Assembly (NCBI GenBank): GCA_030145435.1
Contig: JAQYVQ010000188.1
Span: 1 to 33,498, forward strand
Length of the DNA: 33,498 nt
Source of the DNA: Syntrophobacteria bacterium
GTDB taxonomy: Bacteria; Desulfobacterota; DSWW01
Direction: 5' to 3'
The stretch's first letter is position 1, and the number at the start of each line of letters is the position of its first letter. The position numbers and the translations under genes were made by a program. The notes beneath the pieces were generated by a model. That model saw nothing but the letters and a program-made list of their open reading frames with translations. It was not told where the DNA came from and ran no database searches. Positions 1 to 7,257 of this stretch are shown one piece after another.

Positions 1-45
1 GTCTTTGCCTACCTGCTCAATGATCCTATCGAGCTCTGAGGACAT
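1..45 (-). CDS. nusA: NusA transcription termination/antitermination factor, first 15 codons only (gene runs off the window)
   Basis: Reverse-strand ATG at 43-45 with GGAGG (complement of 54-58) 8 nt upstream. It translates MSSELDRIIEQVGKD, a typical NusA N-terminus. Its position directly downstream of rimP matches the conserved rimP-nusA order. Confidence 0.5.
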   Translation of the reverse strand, partial: MSSELDRIIEQVGKD

Positions 46-70
46 AGGAAAAACCTCCTCGCCTTTCCAT

Positions 71-568
71 TCACTCGCGGTCGCACCCCGTGGCGTTTCC
101 AATCTTGCCGCTGTACTCGAGTCGGGCTTTTTCGATCTCATGGAGGGGAAATTCGAACCGTTCCCCTTCGGTATCTTCCAGCTCGAGAACCCCCTGTTCA
201 CACCGGAGGATCCTACCCTTGAAATTCCTCCTTCCGGCCAGAGCCTCTCGCGTTTTGACTCTTGCCTTCTCCCCGCAGAATCGTTGAAAGTCGGATTCCT
301 TCTTCAGCACCCTGTCCAGACCTGGCGAGGAGACTTCCAGAAAGTACCTCTGTGGAATAACATCTTCCACCTCGATCAGATCTCCGATTTGATGGCTGAT
401 GAACGCACAATCATCCAGCTTCACACCTCCCGGCTTATCGATGAAAACTCGAAGCACCCACCGCCCGGCTTCCAGGCGGTACAAGACGTCAACGAGCTCC
501 ATCCGGTTCCGCTCGAGGATCGGACGAATCAAATCCTCTATGTCCCTCTGGACGATCTTGCGATCCAT
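71..568 (-). CDS. rimP: Ribosome maturation factor RimP
   Basis: ORF 71..697 trimmed to the ATG at 566-568 (MDRKIVQRDIEDLIRPILE...). The motifs LVDVLY...WVLRVFIDKPGGVKLDDC...S..I...LD and YFLEVSSPGLDR are characteristic of RimP/YhbC. The upstream part of the ORF is Arg/Gly-rich junk. Confidence 0.85.
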   Translation of the reverse strand: MDRKIVQRDIEDLIRPILERNRMELVDVLYRLEAGRWVLRVFIDKPGGVKLDDCAFISHQIGDLIEVEDVIPQRYFLEVSSPGLDRVLKKESDFQRFCGEKARVKTREALAGRRNFKGRILRCEQGVLELEDTEGERFEFPLHEIEKARLEYSGKIGNATGCDRE

Positions 569-651
569 GCTTGTCGTTCGCCTCGAGGCAAGATCACGCA
601 AGGGACCCCGGGCACCCCTTCTGCCGCCAAAACAGAGCACTCGCCTCATAC

Positions 652-673
652 AAAAAAAGCGGGCGGGGCCCAC
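652..673 (-). terminator. Intrinsic terminator-like hairpin plus T7 tract between the ftsB-like gene and rimP
   Basis: The minus strand reads GTGGGC-CCC-GCCCGC followed by TTTTTTT, a 6-bp stem with one G.U pair and a 3-nt loop. The stem is short, so it could also be an attenuator in the rimP-nusA leader. Confidence 0.4.
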
Positions 674-769
674 TTTCCAAGAAGCAGAAATAATCATCTT
701 ATTTTATAATGAGTTGAAAGAAAAAAAGCAAGTCGAGATTTTCTTCTCCCCCGGGACACCCTGCCTGGC

Positions 770-1186
770 TCAGGGAGGGGTGGGGACTTTCTCTCCGATT
801 TCCTCTTCTGTGGCCTTCTCGCCCGCAGCCGGATCGGCGTCTGAAAAGGTGTACACCTTCTCTCCTTCATGGGTGTAGCCGTACTCCTCTCGTGCGACTT
901 TCTCCATGTAGGCAGGGCTGTTGCGCAACAGGTAAACCTCTTTCTCCAAGGCCTGGTTCTGGAGTAGCAAACCCCTGTTCTCTGCCTCCAGTTGCCTCAG
1001 GGACCCCCGGAGTTTCAGGAACCCTACGGCCCCTTGAGGCCCGGAAAAGGCGCTCCACAAGAAGACGCAGGCGAGCCCCAGGAAAAGACTCCAGAGGACA
1101 TACTCGCCCCTGGGCGCTCTCCCGACAACCTGTCTCAGGGCCCTTGCCATCTCCTGGAAGCGGGTTTGGAGCCCCTCGCGCAGCAT
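770..1186 (-). CDS. Septum formation initiator family protein (FtsB/DivIC-like)
   Basis: C-terminal part of ORF 770..2170. It has one TM helix (YVLWSLFLGLACVFLWSAF), then a coiled coil (LRQLEAENRGLLLQNQALEKEV) and the family-typical tail SPAYMEKVAREEYGYTHEGEKVY. Candidate starts are the ATG at 1186 or 1150, and neither has a well-spaced SD. The remainder of the ORF overlaps hisS and is rejected. Confidence 0.7.
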   Translation of the reverse strand: MLREGLQTRFQEMARALRQVVGRAPRGEYVLWSLFLGLACVFLWSAFSGPQGAVGFLKLRGSLRQLEAENRGLLLQNQALEKEVYLLRNSPAYMEKVAREEYGYTHEGEKVYTFSDADPAAGEKATEEEIGEKVPTPP

Positions 1187-1209
1187 CCCTCTCAAAGCGG
1201 AAGCCCTTT

Positions 1210-2535
1210 CTACGTCCTCCGGGATGGACTGTTCGAATCGTCTTGCAGGAAACGCCCTGGGTCTGCCAGGAACCTCTCCTCCGGAATCCTCTCCTCCTGC
1301 CCGGACTCGAGGTCCCGCAGTACGAGAAGGCCTTGTTTCAACTCGTCGGGTAGCAGCAAGACGACCCTCTTCGCTCGCAGCCGGGCTCCCTCGCGCAGGG
1401 CGCCCTTCAGCTTCTTGGCGTTCAACACCAGGTCGCAGTAGAAGCCTTGCTTGCGCAACTGCTGAACGGTGCGAAATGCCTGCACCCTTTCCTCCTGCGA
1501 AAAGGGAACCAGAAAGAAGTCGATCCTCCTGGAAAGCCCGGGCAACAGTCCCTTTTCCTGGAGGATTTCTTGTATCACCACATCGCCGAACCCGAGCCCG
1601 GCGGACGGAAGCGGACCGGCCCCGAAGAGCTCCAGGAGGCTGTCGTAACGGCCGCCTCCGAAGACGGCTCGAAACGTCCCCTCCCGGTCGAAGCACTCGA
1701 AGACGATGCCGGTGTAGTAGGGCAAGCCCCGAACGATGGAGGGGGAAAATTCGCAGTAGTCCCGAACCCCATAGGCCTCCAGGTAGCCGAACAGCGTCCG
1801 CAGGTCCTCCACGGAGGCAGTCGGGAGGCCCTTCTGCTCGAGCAATTCGTAGAAAGGGTCGAACGTATTCTCGTCGAGCAGCGAGAAGAGGGCTCGGATG
1901 GTCGATTCCGGCACCCCCTGTGCCTCCATGAGCTTCCAGAGGGTCTCGTCCGGTTCCTTTCCACGTTTGTCGATGATGCCGAACACCCCGGTCCAACTCT
2001 CTTGCGCTATGTCCAAGCCCTCCAACACGGCCCCCATCAACCCGCGATGGCTGATTCGAACCACCACGTCCTTCGCTGAGAGCCCCAGCCCTCCCAACGC
2101 ATCCAGGGCGACCGCCAGGAGTTCCGCTTCCGCCGTTACCTCGGGAACACCGACAACGTCGAGGTTCCACTGGTAGTGCTCTCTCTTTCTTCCCTTGGAC
2201 ATACGCTCATACCGAAAGCATTGAGCGATGGAGAACCATTTCAACGGCTTGGCCAGGGCACCTCCTTTTGCGGCGATCATCCGTGCAAACGTGGGGGTCA
2301 TCTCCGGACGCAAGGCCATCCGACGGCCCCCTTTGTCCGTGAAGTTGAAGAGCTGGCTTACGATCTCCTCGCCCGATTTCAGGATAAAAAGCTCTTCCTG
2401 CTCGACGACTGAGCTGCTGTATTCCTCAAAGCCGTAGCGTGTCGCACTTTCACGCCAACGGGAGAAGAGCCAGTTCCTTGTCCGCATCTGGTCCGGGTAG
2501 AAATCCCGCATTCCACGTGGCGGTAATCCTTGCAT
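1210..2535 (-). CDS. hisS: Histidine--tRNA ligase
   Basis: 441 aa with an ATG start. Class II aaRS/HisRS motifs are present: GMRDFYP, LRPEMTPTFAR, FRYERMSKGRKREHYQ, GGGRYD, plus a C-terminal anticodon-binding domain. Confidence 0.95.
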   Translation of the reverse strand: MQGLPPRGMRDFYPDQMRTRNWLFSRWRESATRYGFEEYSSSVVEQEELFILKSGEEIVSQLFNFTDKGGRRMALRPEMTPTFARMIAAKGGALAKPLKWFSIAQCFRYERMSKGRKREHYQWNLDVVGVPEVTAEAELLAVALDALGGLGLSAKDVVVRISHRGLMGAVLEGLDIAQESWTGVFGIIDKRGKEPDETLWKLMEAQGVPESTIRALFSLLDENTFDPFYELLEQKGLPTASVEDLRTLFGYLEAYGVRDYCEFSPSIVRGLPYYTGIVFECFDREGTFRAVFGGGRYDSLLELFGAGPLPSAGLGFGDVVIQEILQEKGLLPGLSRRIDFFLVPFSQEERVQAFRTVQQLRKQGFYCDLVLNAKKLKGALREGARLRAKRVVLLLPDELKQGLLVLRDLESGQEERIPEERFLADPGRFLQDDSNSPSRRT

Positions 2536-2541
2536 CTCTTT

Positions 2542-3345
2542 CTATCCCCATCTTAGGAGGCTGTCCGGTGCATCTCTCTGCATTTCGTACAACTTCATGT
2601 ACTTGACCAGAACATAGAGGGAGGAGTACAGGCTCACGGCGAACCCGTAGAAGCCGTCCCGCCATCCCTTCTGGAAGAGATAGCTCTTCACGAAATAGCC
2701 TGCAGGCCGCAACAGGAACATGCTCGGCATGTTCCAGAACCGAACCCTCTTCCCCTCCTCCCGCAGTCGTCGCGCTTCCATGGAAGTGTACAGGTTGAAT
2801 TTCCGAAAATAATGCTCAATGTCATCGTAACTGTAGTGGATGATGTCGTTGCGCAAGGTCTCCGTCTTCCCATCCAGGATCAGTCGTTCATGCACCGGGA
2901 GGTCCCACCTGGCTCGGGTCTTGTCGAACACGCGGACCTGGTACATGGGATACCACCCGCACCCCCTGATCCATTTGCCCCGGAAGAAAGACCTCGTAGC
3001 CGCATAGTACCCATCCGCGCCGTCTTCCCGGGCCAGTGCCTCCCGGATCTCGCTTGCCAGGTCTTCGGAGATCACTTCGTCCGGGTCGACTTTCAGGACC
3101 CATCGGTTACGAGCCCGTTCGTTTCCCAGGTTTCGATTGTATGCAAAGCCCTTTCGGATGTCCCCCGTTTCGATCTTCTCTGTGTATTTCCTCACGAGCG
3201 TAAGGGTCTGGTCCGTGGACCCCGTGTCCACGATCACGATCTCATCGACCCAATGCAGCGACCCAAGGCATCGATCGATGTTCTTTTCTTCGTTCTTCGT
3301 CAAGAGAACGGCGGATATCTTTTTCATCGGAAGAGCGTCTCGCAT
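2542..3345 (-). CDS. Family 2 glycosyltransferase (LPS-core/KdtX-like)
   Basis: ISAVLLTKNEEKNIDRCLGSLHWVDEIVIVDTGSTDQT and the DPDE motif are typical of GT-A fold GT2 enzymes. An alternative ATG start lies at 3327 (MKKISAV...). The gene ends 6 nt before the hisS start. Confidence 0.85.
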   Translation of the reverse strand: MRDALPMKKISAVLLTKNEEKNIDRCLGSLHWVDEIVIVDTGSTDQTLTLVRKYTEKIETGDIRKGFAYNRNLGNERARNRWVLKVDPDEVISEDLASEIREALAREDGADGYYAATRSFFRGKWIRGCGWYPMYQVRVFDKTRARWDLPVHERLILDGKTETLRNDIIHYSYDDIEHYFRKFNLYTSMEARRLREEGKRVRFWNMPSMFLLRPAGYFVKSYLFQKGWRDGFYGFAVSLYSSLYVLVKYMKLYEMQRDAPDSLLRWG

Positions 3346-3580
3346 CGACGGAAGACAACTCAGGAACGGGCCGTTCCGGCAGGCAAAAACCCAGGCCCCG
3401 CGGGCTTCTTTTCCCCGGGGAACCGTAACAGGAAGAAAGAATCCATGTCAACTTCCCGCGGCCTCTCCCCCCAGATGCCCCACACACACCCCACGACCAG
3501 GGGGTGCCCGTTTGACTTCGTTTCCTGGGGTCCGATAAAAGGACTTGGGTGAAACGAAACAACACGCGACGCGGGACACC

Positions 3581-5146
3581 ATGAAAGAACATCGAGAAAC
3601 GTCTTCCCCGGCAGAACCTTCGATCACCCTTCGAATCGTCCTCCTCTGCGCTCTTTCGGCCGTCCTCTACGGACTCGCTTCTCCAAGGCCCAATCTCCAC
3701 TTCCTCTGTTGGGTGCTCTTGATCCCCCTGCTCGAAGCGTTGGACGGCCTTCGGCTGCGACGCGGTTTCCTGACGGGATGGTTGTGCGGCACGATGATGC
3801 ATCTGCTCTGCTTCTACTGGGTCATCGGAACGGTTCAACGGTACAGCAACCTTGACATCTGGCTGAGCATCCTGGTCTGGATCCTGTTCGCAATCTATTC
3901 GGGACTCGCCTTCGGTCTGATGGCTTCCCTCTTCCTCTTCCTCCGAACGGGACGATCCATTCCGGACGTCCTCCTCCTTCCCGTCTGCTACACGGCCATG
4001 GAATTCGCCTTCCCCTTCGTCTTCCCGTGGCACCTGGGAGGAGGCTTTTACCGCGTGGTGCCGGTCATCCAGATAGCCGACCTCGCCGGCGTGTACGGGG
4101 TCACCGCCCTCGTCGTCGCCGTCAATGCGGGTCTGTGGGAACTCCTCGGCTTCTTTCGCCGAAAGAGGGCCTTTCCGTGGTTCTCCTTTTCGACGGCCAC
4201 CGCCCTGGTTGCCGCCACCCTGTTTTACGGTTCCTGGCGAATCGCTGCTGTTGAACAGCAACGGCAAGCCGCCCCGGACCTGGATGTAGGGCTCGTTCAG
4301 GCCAATGTCCTCATCGAGGAAAGGCGCTCGCGCATCCAGCAGGAGGATATCTGGCGTCGCTACCGGCGCCTTTCGGATGAGGCAGTCCACCGGGGAGCGC
4401 AGTTGATCCTCTGGCCGGAGTCGGCCGTTCATTTCGCCTATCGTCCCGAGGCCGGAGCCTACTCGTCCAGCGGTTTTCTGAGGAAGTTCGTCCGTTCCCT
4501 GGACCGCCCGCTGCTCTTCGGCTCCTGGGCGGTCGAGCAGGGCAGCCCACGCAACCGGGCGTACCTGCTCGGGCCGGACGGGAGTCTCGCCGGACGGTAT
4601 GACAAGGTGAAACTGCTTGCCTTCGGCGAGTACATGCCCTTCTCCGACTGGATCCCTCAACTCAAGGGGTTGGTGAAAGGGGTCGGCGATTTCCGGCCCG
4701 GGGAGAAGATCGAGCCCCTGTGCTGGGAGAATAACTGTTTCGGGGTCCTGATCTGTTTCGAGGCGATCCTGAAGCCCATTTCAAGGGAATTTGTGGACAA
4801 GGGCGCGGAATTCCTCGTGAACATCACGAACGATGCCTGGTTCGGCGACACGAGTTGTCCGGAGCAGCACCTCATGCTCTCCGCATTCCGTGCCGTGGAG
4901 AATCGCACCTGGCTCGTGCGGGTGGCCAACACGGGAATCAGCGCCTTCGTCGACCCGGTGGGTCGTATTCTCCACCGAACGGCCGTCTTCGAACAAGCGG
5001 TCCGAGTCTGCCGCATCGACCGGATGAAGGGCTCCTCTTTCTACGGAAAATGGGGCGACTGGCTCCCCCTCTCCTGCCTGGCCCTTCTGGGTCTCCTGGG
5101 GGTGGGTCGTCTCGTACAGCGGGCAAGGGGTAGAGAGGTTCCCTGA
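3581..5146 (+). CDS. lnt: Apolipoprotein N-acyltransferase
   Basis: Multi-TM N-terminal half followed by a CN-hydrolase domain with the E-K-C triad contexts LILWPESA, KVKLLAFGEYMPF and VLICFEA. I chose the ATG at 3581; the ORF opens at a TTG at 3545. Confidence 0.9.
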   Translation: MKEHRETSSPAEPSITLRIVLLCALSAVLYGLASPRPNLHFLCWVLLIPLLEALDGLRLRRGFLTGWLCGTMMHLLCFYWVIGTVQRYSNLDIWLSILVWILFAIYSGLAFGLMASLFLFLRTGRSIPDVLLLPVCYTAMEFAFPFVFPWHLGGGFYRVVPVIQIADLAGVYGVTALVVAVNAGLWELLGFFRRKRAFPWFSFSTATALVAATLFYGSWRIAAVEQQRQAAPDLDVGLVQANVLIEERRSRIQQEDIWRRYRRLSDEAVHRGAQLILWPESAVHFAYRPEAGAYSSSGFLRKFVRSLDRPLLFGSWAVEQGSPRNRAYLLGPDGSLAGRYDKVKLLAFGEYMPFSDWIPQLKGLVKGVGDFRPGEKIEPLCWENNCFGVLICFEAILKPISREFVDKGAEFLVNITNDAWFGDTSCPEQHLMLSAFRAVENRTWLVRVANTGISAFVDPVGRILHRTAVFEQAVRVCRIDRMKGSSFYGKWGDWLPLSCLALLGLLGVGRLVQRARGREVP

Positions 5147-5158
5147 GTCCCTTTTCAC

Positions 5159-5326
5159 TCGTCCTCGTCCTCGTCCTCGTCCTCGAAATTGGGCACGGCG
5201 GCGCGGGGAGGCTACTCGCTGGCTGTTCGCCCATCCAGCAACACCCTGTCTTTCCATCAACTCATGTGCGTCAAGAAGGCGCGCCGGACATGATCGAGGA
5301 CGAGGACGAGGAGGAGGACGAGGACG
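5159..5326. repeat. Inverted pair of hexamer microsatellite modules: (TCGTCC)4-TCGAAATTGGGCACGG at 5159-5198 and (CGAGGA)-type tract at 5295-5326
   Basis: Direct reading. The reverse complement of 5295-5326 matches the left tract with one unit changed (TCCTCC). It fills the gap between the convergent lnt (stop 5146) and hydrolase (stop 5336) genes. The same module recurs in or next to the heptamer-arm elements. Confidence 0.85.
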
Positions 5327-5335
5327 ATATCCCCG

Positions 5336-5983
5336 TTACGGCGGCAGATGCCGCCCGAATCCATCCACCAGATACCCCGCGGCCTCTTTCTCACAGTTCC
5401 CGAAGAAGTGATCCGCCCCTTCCAGGATCTTCCAGTTCACTTCGTTCGGCAATTCCGAGCAGAGGGACTCTTTCCCCTCCGTCGGGCAGAACGCGTCCTG
5501 GCTTCCTGAAACGACGAACAGCGGCGCGCTGAGATCCTTGAGAAACGAGAAGGGGTACATGGCCACGGGGGGCGCGACGGCCCCCACGCAACGAACCCGG
5601 GCATCCCGGGTTGCGGCGCGAAGCCCCACCCATGCACCGAAAGAGTACCCGAGGACTCCCAGGCCGAAACCTTTCGTTTCGGGCAACGCCTCGAGCCAGT
5701 CGAGCACCCCCAGCACGTCCAGTATTTCCCCCTCCCCATCCTCGTGTCGCCCCCCGCTGGAGCCTACCCCACGGAAGTTGAAGGCCACCGCCACATAGCC
5801 GCGTTCCACAAAGGCATCGCAGAGGGCCCAAACCACATTGTTGTCCATCGACCCTCCGTATTGGGGGTGGGGGTGACAGATTACCACGCCCGGCCCGGTC
5901 GATGTCTGCTCGTCACAGCCCAGCTTCGCCTCAAGGGAAATCTCCCCCACCGGGATTTTCACATCTCTAACCTGAACCGTCAT
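5336..5983 (-). CDS. Alpha/beta hydrolase (COG2945-like)
   Basis: ORF 5336..6121 trimmed to the ATG at 5981-5983, which has GGAGAGG upstream. Motifs HPHPQYGGSMDNNVV, FNFRGVGSSGG, the nucleophile elbow GYSFGA and a C-terminal GADHFF are present. Confidence 0.8.
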   Translation of the reverse strand: MTVQVRDVKIPVGEISLEAKLGCDEQTSTGPGVVICHPHPQYGGSMDNNVVWALCDAFVERGYVAVAFNFRGVGSSGGRHEDGEGEILDVLGVLDWLEALPETKGFGLGVLGYSFGAWVGLRAATRDARVRCVGAVAPPVAMYPFSFLKDLSAPLFVVSGSQDAFCPTEGKESLCSELPNEVNWKILEGADHFFGNCEKEAAGYLVDGFGRHLPP

Positions 5984-6227
5984 ACCTCTCCACCTCTCCA
6001 ACGCTCTGAGTTCGTGTTCATACTCTCCTACCACAGTCCCTAATTTCCGGGCAACCGATGGAGAGTCCTTGCGAAAGGGGGCAAGTCTGTTGACCCCTTT
6101 CGCAGGCTGAAGCGGGCTCACGATCTTAAGCCAATGGCGGAGGAGCCCGCCACACGCACGGCCGCGGGTTTGACAGAATTCGATTCGCAGCAGATGATCG
6201 TCTTAGGGATGCTGGTTGTTGAAGGTT

Positions 6228-6373
6228 GGCTATTAGCTATTAGCTTTTAGCTGTTAGCACCCAACCACGCCCCCACCAGAACAATCAATCATCCTCGTCC
6301 TCGAACCCGGGCACGGGCATGCACGCGGGGTGGTGGCTGGACGCTAATAGCTAATGGCTAACGGCTAACAGCC
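6228..6373 (+). repeat. Mosaic palindromic intergenic element, copy E1 (heptamer arms plus C-box, TCGTCC/GGGCAC modules and G-box)
   Basis: Sequence reads GGC-TATTAGC-TATTAGC-TTTTAGC-TGTTAGC / ACCCAACCACGCCCCCACC / ...TCCTCGTCCTCGAACCCGGGCACGGGCA... / GGGGTGGTGGCTGG / GCTAATA-GCTAATG-GCTAACG-GCTAACA-GCC. It lies between the divergent hydrolase and moxR-like genes. Confidence 0.9.
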
Positions 6374-6426
6374 AATAGGCGTCTTGTTCAAAGCCCAGTA
6401 CAGCGTCAAGAAAAGGAATCCGCCGA

Positions 6427-7257
6427 ATGCCCGTACAAAGATCCTTTACCGTCGATGACGTCATTCTCCTGCTGCCCCCTCCAACCGAAATGGATGTCGA
6501 GTGGATCGGCCAGGAGGAGGTCATCCACCAGCTCCTGGCGGCCTGGATGGTTCTCGACGAGAAGGATCTTCCCCTGAACCCTCGGTTGGTGGGAAACCCG
6601 GGGATGGGGAAGACGACCTGCGCGTACGCTGCGGGCCTGCGAATCGAGAAGCCGATCTATCTATTTCAGGCCACCGTGGATACCCGGCCCGAGGATTTGA
6701 TCGTCATGCCCGTCCTCGGCCCAAAACAGGAGGTCCAGTACATGGCCTCCACGATCGTGGCGGCCACGGTCAACGGCGGCGTCTGCATTCTGGACGAGGG
6801 AAACCGGATGAACGAGAAGTCGTGGGCGTCCCTGGCCCCGCTGCTGGATCACCGCCGGTATCTGGAAAGCATGGTAACGGGCATCAAGATCCCTGCGCAC
6901 CCGGATTTCCGATTTGTCACGACCATGAACGAGGATGCCTCGACGTACGATCTGCCGGAATACATCCACTCCCGTCTGCAACCCCAGATCCACATAGACT
7001 TCCCGGAAGAGGACGAAGAGCGAGCCATCCTGAAGGCGAACATCCCGTTCGCAGAAGAAGAGATCCTGACCTATGTTCTCGCCTTCCTCGCCCGGGCCCA
7101 TCAAGCGGACGAGCGATACACCGTTCGTGACGGAATCAACATCGTCCGGTATGCAATGAAACTGCTTCATCGGGAAGAGGGAACCCCCAGCCAGATGTTC
7201 GAGAAGGCCCTTCGCCTGATCCTTGGCGAGGAGGCAATGCCCTATGTCGGTGTCTGA
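6427..7257 (+). CDS. AAA+ ATPase, MoxR class (CbbQ/NorQ-sized, AAA_5-like)
   Basis: 276 aa. It has Walker A GNPGMGKT, Walker B VCILDEGNR, the sensor region FRFVTTMNEDAS..YDLPEYIHSRL and the lid FPEEDEERAIL. An AAGGA SD lies upstream of the ATG. Confidence 0.85.
   Translation: MPVQRSFTVDDVILLLPPPTEMDVEWIGQEEVIHQLLAAWMVLDEKDLPLNPRLVGNPGMGKTTCAYAAGLRIEKPIYLFQATVDTRPEDLIVMPVLGPKQEVQYMASTIVAATVNGGVCILDEGNRMNEKSWASLAPLLDHRRYLESMVTGIKIPAHPDFRFVTTMNEDASTYDLPEYIHSRLQPQIHIDFPEEDEERAILKANIPFAEEEILTYVLAFLARAHQADERYTVRDGINIVRYAMKLLHREEGTPSQMFEKALRLILGEEAMPYVGV

Noticed and set aside
1187-2170. N-terminal ~330 codons of the 466-aa ORF 770..2170
   Set aside because: This part overlaps hisS in another frame and translates to Arg/Gly/Pro-rich sequence. 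Only the last ~126-138 codons look like a real FtsB/DivIC-type protein.
3479-3506. CCCCACACACACCCCACGACCAGGGGG resembles the C-box of the repeat family (TCCCAACCACACCCCACCAGGAC)
   Set aside because: No heptamer arms, G-box or hexamer modules are adjacent. It could be a relic or a chance C-rich match, so I did not count it as a copy.
3242-4660. 472-aa minus-strand ORF
   Set aside because: It is antisense to lnt, whose CN-hydrolase triad motifs are clear. The translation is Arg/Gly/Glu/Pro-rich without motifs, so I treat it as a high-GC artefact. The same reasoning applies to the other long antisense ORFs in the track, for example 7136-7843, 7910-8719, 9629-10510, 12532-13503, 16061-17089, 17217-17894, 18587-19156, 26120-27013, 26233-27042, 28720-29385, 30684-31445 and 32292-33083.
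5266-5532. 88-aa ORF beginning MRQEGAPDMIEDEDEEEDEDD
   Set aside because: The acidic run is simply the translation of the (GAGGAC)n hexamer repeat. The rest of the ORF overlaps the 3' end of the alpha/beta hydrolase gene on the other strand.
6228-6373. Could the tandem repeats be a CRISPR array?
   Set aside because: The units are 7 bp and directly abutting, with no spacers. The arrays have only 2-4 units and occur as inverted pairs. No cas genes are present. They are not CRISPR.
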